Part shown: piece after piece, positions 57,251 through 64,000 of the stretch
Layout: the number at the start of each line of letters is the position of its first letter
How positions within the stretch are numbered: position 1 is the first letter of the stretch
Source of the DNA: Promethearchaeati archaeon SRVP18_Atabeyarchaeia-1
GTDB lineage: Archaea; Asgardarchaeota; Atabeyarchaeia; Atabeyarchaeales; Atabeyarchaeaceae
Length of the DNA: 64,000 nucleotides
Reading direction: 5' to 3'
Assembly: GCA_037308085.1 (NCBI GenBank)
Contig: CP147779.1
Location: 800,001 to 864,000 of the forward strand
Program-made: the position numbers and the translations under genes
Notes under the pieces: generated by a model
Seen by the model: the letters and a program-made list of their open reading frames with translations, nothing else
What the model was told of the DNA's origin: nothing
The model's database searches: none

Positions 57251-59215
57251 CTACTGATCTGCGAATAATGTGTCTATGTATGCTTCGTATTGCTCGTCCT
57301 TGTAGTGTCTAAGAGTAATTGCTGATGAGGGGCATACCGCTGCGCAGGCGCCGCATCCTCTGCAGTCCATTTCATTGACGACGGCAATCCTGTCTTTCAT
57401 GGTTATGGCTCCGTACGAGCATATCTCTGCGCATAGGCCGCATCCAGAGCATCTCTTGTCATCAGCGATCGCGCGTACCAGGGTGATTTCGACTTGCTTG
57501 TTGATCATGGGTGTTCCAGCAGATGAAGCGGCTCCTTTCGCTGTCCCAACCGCTTCGGGGATTGACTTGGGACCTTGGGCAACGCCTGCGATGTACACGC
57601 CAAGCTTCTTTGTATCGACTGGTGCGAGGCACAAGTGGAACTCCTTGACAAAGCCGTCTTTGGCTCGCTCGATCTTCAAAAGTCCTCTTAGGTCATCCTG
57701 CCTTGCAGGGGGAATCATTGCAGTCGAGAGAACCACCATGTCGGCCTCCGTTTCAGAGACTTCGCTAGTGAGAGTGTCTTCAACGGAGAGCAGAAGATTC
57801 TTCGTCAAGGGATCTTCAACAACTTCAGCTACCTTCCCTCGCACGAACCTCACGCCCGCGTTTCTGGTCTCTCTGTTATACTCCTCGTGGTCTCTGCAGG
57901 GGGTTCTGATGTCGATGTAGTAGATCGTGGGCTCAGTATCTGGGTAGTAGTGTTTGACGTATTTGGCGTTCTTGATGGCAGTCATGCAGCAGACTCCGGC
58001 AGAGCAGTACTGATTAGCATCCATGCTTCGTGATCCTACGCACTGTATCATGGCTATTCTTTTGGGGGTCATCAAATCTGAAGGGCGAACTAGCTTGCCG
58101 CCAGTTGGACCATTTGGCGCGGTTATCCGCTCAAGTTCGAGTTGTGTTATGACGTTCTCGTATTTTCCATAGCCGTACTCGCCAATTGGCTTGTACTCCC
58201 TGAACCCTGTGGCAAGCAGGATAACTCCAACGTCTATCTCAACGGTCTTTGGCGCCTGGTCCAGGTTGATGGCATTAGGCTCGCACTTCTTCATGCAAAG
58301 CCTGCACTTTATGCATCTATCCATGTCGATCGTGTAAGTACTCGGCACTGCTTGCGGGAATGGTAGGTAGATAGCCTTTCTTGTTCCAAGTCCTTCGTCG
58401 AACTCGTTCGGCGCGAAGATTGGGCAGACATCGACGCAAGCCCCGCACCCATTGCATTTCTCCCGTTCTACGTATCTCGGTTTTTGTCTGACTGTGACTT
58501 TGAAATCGCCGACATACCCCTCTACTTTCTCAACTTCGCTGTAACTGAGTAGCTCAATGTTATGGTGATGTGCCAGTTCCACCATCTTTGGACCTAAGAT
58601 TCAGATTGAGCAATCATCCGTCGGGTAAGTCTTATTCAGTTTTGCCATATGCCCACCGATGGAAGGTTCACGCTCAACCAGGCACACTTTCATTCCCTTG
58701 TCAGCCAAGTCTAGTGCGGCTTGAAGCCCAGCGACTCCGCCACCAACAACAAGTGCCTTCTGAAGCACTGGTACAATCTTTGTCGGGATGCTCTCAAGCA
58801 ATTTTGCTCGTTCGACTGCCGCCCTGATTAGCGCCTTGGCTTTGATCATTGCTTCTATGGGCTTGTCAGTGTGAACAAAGGTGCATTGCTCCCTGATGTT
58901 TACGAACTCCAAGTAGCTTGGATCTACGCCAGCTTCCTTGAGAATAGTGCGGAACAGTGGTTCGTGAGTCTTAGGGGTACATGCCGCGACTATAACCCTA
59001 TCCAGCTCGTACTCCTTGATCTTGGCCTTGATTAGGGAGGCGCCAGACTCGGTGCAGAGAGAGATATTCTGTGCCGCGATTTTCACTCCTTCCAGTTCAC
59101 CAGCATACTCAACGAGAGCAGAAGTATCAATGACGCCACCGATATTTACTCCTCAACGGCAGATGAAAACACCAATGCTAAAAGATGATTTAGGCTCTCC
59201 CGTTTGTTGACTCAC
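57251..59215 (-). CDS. hdrA: heterodisulfide reductase subunit A, probable selenoprotein with 2 in-frame UGA (59153-55, 58601-03)
   Basis: One 654-aa frame: IGVFICR-U-GVNIGG, GGGVAG, TYPTDDCSI-U-ILGPKM, CVGSR, ferredoxin motifs. Confidence 0.94.
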
Positions 59216-59277
59216 CCCCTAGGCTCCATTGACGTGCTTCGCAGGTAGGTTCCCGCGGAGCTACTTCCAGATTCCTA

Positions 59278-59952
59278 CTATGAGGTCAATTTCGTCGTAA
59301 GCTTCTTGACGGTCTCATCCCAGAAATCAGTGTGTTCTCCAGACCAGGTGACTTCATCGCGTGTGAGCTCCAGTGCGCCCTCCCCTGGGCAGGCATTAAT
59401 GCATGCGCCGCAGAAAAGGCATTTCTTATCGTCGATTGACACTTTCTCTGTCTTCTCCCATGGCTTTGATGACTTCGGAATAGTGATTGCCTTGGTTGGG
59501 CAAATATCCGCGCAAGTTGAGCATCCGCCAGGGCACTTGTCGACGTGTATAGCGATTCTGCCCTTGAAGAACTTGCGTGCCTTATTCCCTGTTCTTTCAC
59601 AGGTAACCTCTTCGTACTTCAACTCAGGAACTGCCTTGCCGTCAACGATCTGAAGCTTCCTTTCGCCGTTTATCTTAAACTCGATTGCCTGAAATGGGCA
59701 GATATAATCACAGACACCGCAGAAAGAGCACTTCCTCTCGTCAACCAGAACTGGAGGTGACTGAACATCCTTTTTCATTGATGCTCCCACAGGACCTCTA
59801 GCAATGGCTTCCTTTGGGCAGGCGGTGACACAGACGCCACACCCGGTGCACTTCTCTCGATTAACGTTAAGCGAAAGCGTAATGTTTAGCATTCTAAGTG
59901 ATGCAGTAACTTTCGACGGATCAACGGTCCTTGTGTATTGGGGTAATGCCAT
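59278..59952 (-). CDS. fwdF: FwdF-like polyferredoxin (4 clusters)
   Basis: Four ferredoxin-type Cys motifs; fwd operon context. Confidence 0.75.
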   Translation of the reverse strand: MALPQYTRTVDPSKVTASLRMLNITLSLNVNREKCTGCGVCVTACPKEAIARGPVGASMKKDVQSPPVLVDERKCSFCGVCDYICPFQAIEFKINGERKLQIVDGKAVPELKYEEVTCERTGNKARKFFKGRIAIHVDKCPGGCSTCADICPTKAITIPKSSKPWEKTEKVSIDDKKCLFCGACINACPGEGALELTRDEVTWSGEHTDFWDETVKKLTTKLTS

Positions 59953-59971
59953 TACTTCACATCCTCCCTAC

Positions 59972-60229
59972 TCACTCTTTGGGCTTTTCGGGTTGTTGAG
60001 AGGGAAACCTGATCTCTAGTGCGTGGCGCGGGCATGCCTCGATGCACATTCCGCAGCCGTCACATAAATCTTGGTTTGTTACTCCGAGTTTGCCGTTCTT
60101 TACTCTCAACACCGCGTTTGATTCCTGTTCTGTAACTATCTTTCCAGTCTTGTTGACTGGGCATGCGATCGTGCAATCGCCGCAGCCGTTGCACTTTCTC
60201 TCAGAGATGGCTATTTGATAGGATGTCAA
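59972..60229 (-). CDS. fwdG: FwdG-like ferredoxin
   Basis: CNGCGDCTIACPVN..V.NG...N.DLCDGCGMCIEACP. Confidence 0.75.
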   Translation of the reverse strand: MTSYQIAISERKCNGCGDCTIACPVNKTGKIVTEQESNAVLRVKNGKLGVTNQDLCDGCGMCIEACPRHALEIRFPSQQPEKPKE

Positions 60230-60715
60230 TCAGGGGCGCCTCCGAGTTGACGCGATAATTCGCACTATCAATAGTGATTTGCGATTCCATTCATATGACG
60301 CTTCCAATAGGTAAGAAACCCTTCGATTGTTCTGCAAGTCTTGTCAGCGCAAGGTAAGCTATCTTTGTGACTTGATTTGGTTTTCGTCATTTTAAGGTTA
60401 ACTAAGAACTTTTCCATCACTCAATTCGGTTCAAGGGAAGCCATTATTCTTCAGATGTTGGAGGTATCGCATCGGCTTTTATACCTTTTTCAGGGGAATG
60501 AGTGTCATTCGTGCCGAGGTGAGAAGTGCGTCTTCTACTCTTGTCGTTCGCAAGTGGCAAGCTCTCGGGACCCGCCTACAAGCGCGTGATAGGAGACCGT
60601 CCAAGTCCTGCGGTGGCAACTGATGTAACAATCCTATGATACACTTTATTAAATCAATCAGTGGGCGAAAGTCATTTATAACAAGACTTCATCTTTTCGA
60701 TGCTGGTTTTATATT

Positions 60716-60991
60716 ATGTGTGGGGTTCTTGATATGGCTAATGATTCAGGTCCCGCTGTAAATACACAGCGATGTCAGGGATGCTCGAATTGCGTTATGG
60801 CTTGCCCAATCAATCAGAAGCTTGACAAGCGCATAATCGAGGGTGAATCACCCAGGTCTGATGACGTTGTGTTAAGGATCAAGAATGGCTCATGCACAGT
60901 CCTCAACAAGAAGCTCTGCCTTCAGAAGAGCTTTGAATGTAAGAGGTGCGAGCAAATCTGTCCGAGGGGCGCCATTCGGGTAATCGAGTGA
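60716..60991 (+). CDS. fwdG: second FwdG-like ferredoxin
   Basis: CQGCSNCVMACPIN..I.NG; second cluster motif with an insertion. Confidence 0.7.
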   Translation: MCGVLDMANDSGPAVNTQRCQGCSNCVMACPINQKLDKRIIEGESPRSDDVVLRIKNGSCTVLNKKLCLQKSFECKRCEQICPRGAIRVIE

Positions 60992-61055
60992 GTTTCTTAA
61001 TATACTAGTATAAGACGCTATAGATGCGAAGAGACGGAAAAGAGGGTTAGTCGGA

Positions 61056-61460
61056 TTGCCTGAGAAGTCGGTTGAGGTTGTCATAATAACTGGCAGAACG
61101 GTGGATCAAGGGGTTGCGATAGAGGGCGGTAAACTCTCGCAGTCCTATGTGAAGGCCGCTGCCATATGCTACATGGATCCAAACGACATGAAGAAGATAG
61201 GGGTCATAACTGGAGACATCATTACAGTCAAGACGAACGCCGGGCAGGTAATACTACGGGCTGTCAAGTCTGAAGATACGCCGCATGTCGGCCTTGTATT
61301 TATTCCCATGGGTCCGTGGGCTAACCAACTTACTAATCCGGAGACCGATAGTATAGGCATGCCATCATTCAAAGGTATGAAAGGCATAATAGAGGCAACC
61401 CAAGGTGGAAAGATACTGGACGCCGCCACACTAGTCAAGACCGCTTTCCACAAGGCGTGA
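61056..61460 (+). CDS. fwdD: formylmethanofuran dehydrogenase subunit D
   Basis: TGRTVDQG, FIPMGPWAN, GMPSFKG. Confidence 0.95.
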   Translation: MPEKSVEVVIITGRTVDQGVAIEGGKLSQSYVKAAAICYMDPNDMKKIGVITGDIITVKTNAGQVILRAVKSEDTPHVGLVFIPMGPWANQLTNPETDSIGMPSFKGMKGIIEATQGGKILDAATLVKTAFHKA

Positions 61461-61489
61461 GTGGCATTAACACGAGGTGTAAGTGAGAT

Positions 61490-62806
61490 TTGTCACAAAA
61501 GGTAATCGACTCAGTCGTATGCCCGTTCTGCGGCTCTCTTTGCGACGATACGGAAGTTGTAGTCAAGGACGGCAGAATAATCGAAACCCGGAACATGTGC
61601 ATCATGGGAACTCAAAAGCTCTTCGCAAGTCAAGCACCCGAAAGAATCAGAAAACCGATGATACGGGAGAACGGTAGCTTCAAGGAGGTCACACTTGACC
61701 AAGCGATCCAGAGGGCTGCGGAGATACTGGTGAAGTCGGAGAGACCACTTCTTTATGGCTGGAGTTCAAGTGAATGTGATACCAGCAGGGTAGGTTTTGA
61801 GCTTGCTGAAGAGGTTGGCGCTATTATTGATTCGACTGCTTCGGTCTGCCATGGACCTTCCGTTCTCGCCATCCAAGATGTTGGTCTGAGCAGTTGTACT
61901 CTGGGCGAGGTGAAGAACCGAGCTGACCTTATAATATACTGGGGTTGCAATCCTCAACATGCTCACCCAAGACACATGAGCAGATACACTTCATTCGTGA
62001 GAGGTTTCTTCAGAGACAAGGGAGTAAAGGAACGGAGCATAGTTGTGGTAGACGTTCGCAGAACTGATACGGCGAAGCTAGCAACCCACTTTATCCAAAC
62101 CGAATATGACAAGGATTATGAATTACTGGGTGCCCTGAGAGCTGTAGTCAACGGCTATGACATTCTCACCGACAAAGTTGCGGGTGTTCCAAAAGAAAAG
62201 ATAATAGAGCTTGCTAGCATGATGAAGAACTGCGGGTTCGGCATAATCTTCTTTGGCATGGGGTTGACTCAGAGCACTGGGAAGCATAGGAACATAGATA
62301 ACGCGATACAGCTTACCACAGACCTCAACAAATACACAAAGTTCCTGATTATGCCGATGCGTGGTCACTACAACGTGACTGGCTTCGGCGTTGTCGCATC
62401 TTGGATCAGCGGGTACCCGTACGCTGTTGACTTCAGCAGGGGGTATCCGCGGTATAATCCAGGAGAGACAACGGCTAACGATGTCCTGCAGAAAGAGGAG
62501 ATTGATGCGGCGCTTGTCGTGGCATCGGACCCAGTTTCTCATTTTCCGAAGAAGTCGATCGAGTTCTTGGCAAAGATACCTTTGATAGTAATCGAACCAC
62601 ACCCGACTCCAACTACTGAACTTGCTGATGTCGTTATCCCTCCGGCGGTATCGGGAGTGGAAGTTGAGGGGACCGCGTACCGGATGGATAATGTTCCAAT
62701 TCGGCTGAGAAAAGTCGTCGACGCGCCAGACGGCCTCCTTCCAGACAGAGAACTAGTTCACAGAATACTCGAGAAGGTTCGGGAACTGAAGAAGAAGAGA
62801 ACCTAG
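61490..62806 (+). CDS. fwdB: formylmethanofuran dehydrogenase subunit B (Cys form)
   Basis: CPFCGSLCDD, ASVCHGP, KNRAD, HPRH, MRGHYNV. Confidence 0.97.
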   Translation: MSQKVIDSVVCPFCGSLCDDTEVVVKDGRIIETRNMCIMGTQKLFASQAPERIRKPMIRENGSFKEVTLDQAIQRAAEILVKSERPLLYGWSSSECDTSRVGFELAEEVGAIIDSTASVCHGPSVLAIQDVGLSSCTLGEVKNRADLIIYWGCNPQHAHPRHMSRYTSFVRGFFRDKGVKERSIVVVDVRRTDTAKLATHFIQTEYDKDYELLGALRAVVNGYDILTDKVAGVPKEKIIELASMMKNCGFGIIFFGMGLTQSTGKHRNIDNAIQLTTDLNKYTKFLIMPMRGHYNVTGFGVVASWISGYPYAVDFSRGYPRYNPGETTANDVLQKEEIDAALVVASDPVSHFPKKSIEFLAKIPLIVIEPHPTPTTELADVVIPPAVSGVEVEGTAYRMDNVPIRLRKVVDAPDGLLPDRELVHRILEKVRELKKKRT

Positions 62807-63016
62807 TCGGGAAAGAACTAAACTAAACGAAAGCGTCTGGTTCTATCCAGTTCCACACACGAGTTTTTCTTCTTTTTCTTAGCTTAAGGAGACTCCATAT
62901 GACTTTCTCTTTGTGCTCCTCGACTATTCGCGCATTGCGATCAAAATGGTTAATTAGAGGCATGGATAGATTGTAGGGAAGACCTTTAGAACGCTTGGAG
63001 GAGGTTCTAGGGTATT

Positions 63017-63868
63017 ATGACAACGCTTGGCACAGAAAATATCGTGAAAATTGGTGTTTTGAAACTTGGGAACATTGGGATATCACCTCTGCTAGATCTA
63101 ATCTTGGATGAACGAGCAGACAGGGGGGACATTGATATCCGCGTTGTTGGGAGCGGGCCGAAGCTCACTCCAGAGCAAACTCAGGAAGCTGCACAGAAGC
63201 TAATTGAACTCCGCCCTAAGCTTGTCATCGTGTCGAGCCCAAATGCCAGTCTGCCTGGGCCAAGCAGGGCTAGAGAATTGCTGAACGAAGCCAAGATACC
63301 GACAATTTCGCTGAGTGATGCACCCGGGAAAAAGGCCACTAAAGATATCGAAGAGAAGGGTCAAGGCTACATAATACTGTTAGGCGACCCCCTGATTGGC
63401 GCGCGGAGAGAATTCCTGGACTCTACTGAGATGGCCCTATTCAACTCCGATGCCATCAGAGTACTTTCCATAACTGGCGCCATGCGACTAATAATGAGAG
63501 AAGTCGATAGCGTTGTTGAGCAGATCAAGCAGGGCAAGTCGATCCAGCTTCCAAAGGTAGTTGTGGACGGCAAAACAGTCGTCAATTCCGCTGAGTTCAA
63601 GAACCCCTATGCTCGCGCTAGGGCCATAGCGGCCTACGAGATGACTGGCAAAGTTGCGGAGCTGAATACCCAAGCATGCTTCATTCTCAAGGAACCTCAG
63701 GAATATATTCAGATGGCCACCGCGGCTCACGAGATGATGCGACAGGCAGCGATGCTAGCCGAGTCTGCGAGGGAGATGGAGAAATGTGGAGACTCAGTCT
63801 ACAGACAGCCACACAAACGTGACGGAACGCTCGTAAACAAGAAATCATTGATGGAGAAGCCCCAATAG
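63017..63868 (+). CDS. mtd: F420-dependent methylene-H4MPT dehydrogenase
   Basis: KLGNIG..LDERADR, SPN..PGP, IGARREFLD..EMALFN, AAHE. Confidence 0.95.
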   Translation: MTTLGTENIVKIGVLKLGNIGISPLLDLILDERADRGDIDIRVVGSGPKLTPEQTQEAAQKLIELRPKLVIVSSPNASLPGPSRARELLNEAKIPTISLSDAPGKKATKDIEEKGQGYIILLGDPLIGARREFLDSTEMALFNSDAIRVLSITGAMRLIMREVDSVVEQIKQGKSIQLPKVVVDGKTVVNSAEFKNPYARARAIAAYEMTGKVAELNTQACFILKEPQEYIQMATAAHEMMRQAAMLAESAREMEKCGDSVYRQPHKRDGTLVNKKSLMEKPQ

Positions 63869-64000
63869 AATAGTGTTATATTCTCCGGATTAGTACAACG
63901 ATGTCCCATAGTTTTTTATGACGATGCACGTCTATACCGATGAACGAAATGGTCTGGAACCGGTACTATCGAATCGAAGTTAGAGAATGCGAAAAGGAGG

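Noticed and set aside
57251-59086. hdrA as two genes or a pseudogene
   Set aside because: The stops are UGA exactly at conserved Cys positions, with frame preserved
60511-60640. tRNA, 5S rRNA or HDV-like ribozyme
   Set aside because: It begins GCCGAGG like tRNA-Met but has no T-loop or acceptor match and no 5S motifs. The HDV-like fit needs a mismatched P1 and lacks the UCC L3 start.

Overview
An archaeal chromosomal window. Markers are a histone, rpl35Ae, a GPN GTPase and H4MPT/F420 C1 enzymes. UGA-Sec recoding plus heavily intron-split tRNAs suggest an Asgard-type non-methanogen (inference). Main contents: (1) a mevalonate cluster, pyrB/pyrI, rpiA, nadC, and an HTH-ATP-cone-degenerate NrdD fusion; (2) three tRNA genes (Thr-GGU, Leu-UAA, Met-CAU) each with three introns; (3) IS200/IS605-family debris: two broken tnpB genes and a 5'-truncated iscB followed DOWNSTREAM by a recognisable omega/HEARO RNA; (4) nuoH/nuoI-like genes, etfB, ferredoxin-fused etfA and acyl-CoA dehydrogenase; (5) a LAGLIDADG gene, a secreted serpin, a PCMH-like flavoprotein with a CCG Fe-S partner, and a small virus-like remnant; (6) a CoA-transferase-like pair, iorAB, larA-like and mtrH; (7) two divergent formylmethanofuran dehydrogenase operons. 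The left operon (fwdG-fwdF-hdrA-mvhD-fdhB-like-fwdA-fwdC-mch) hides two probable selenoprotein genes that the ORF track breaks or misses. hdrA and mvhD each have two in-frame UGA codons, all at conserved Cys positions, and a candidate SECIS follows mvhD. All calls come from reading the sequence by eye; no database searches were run.
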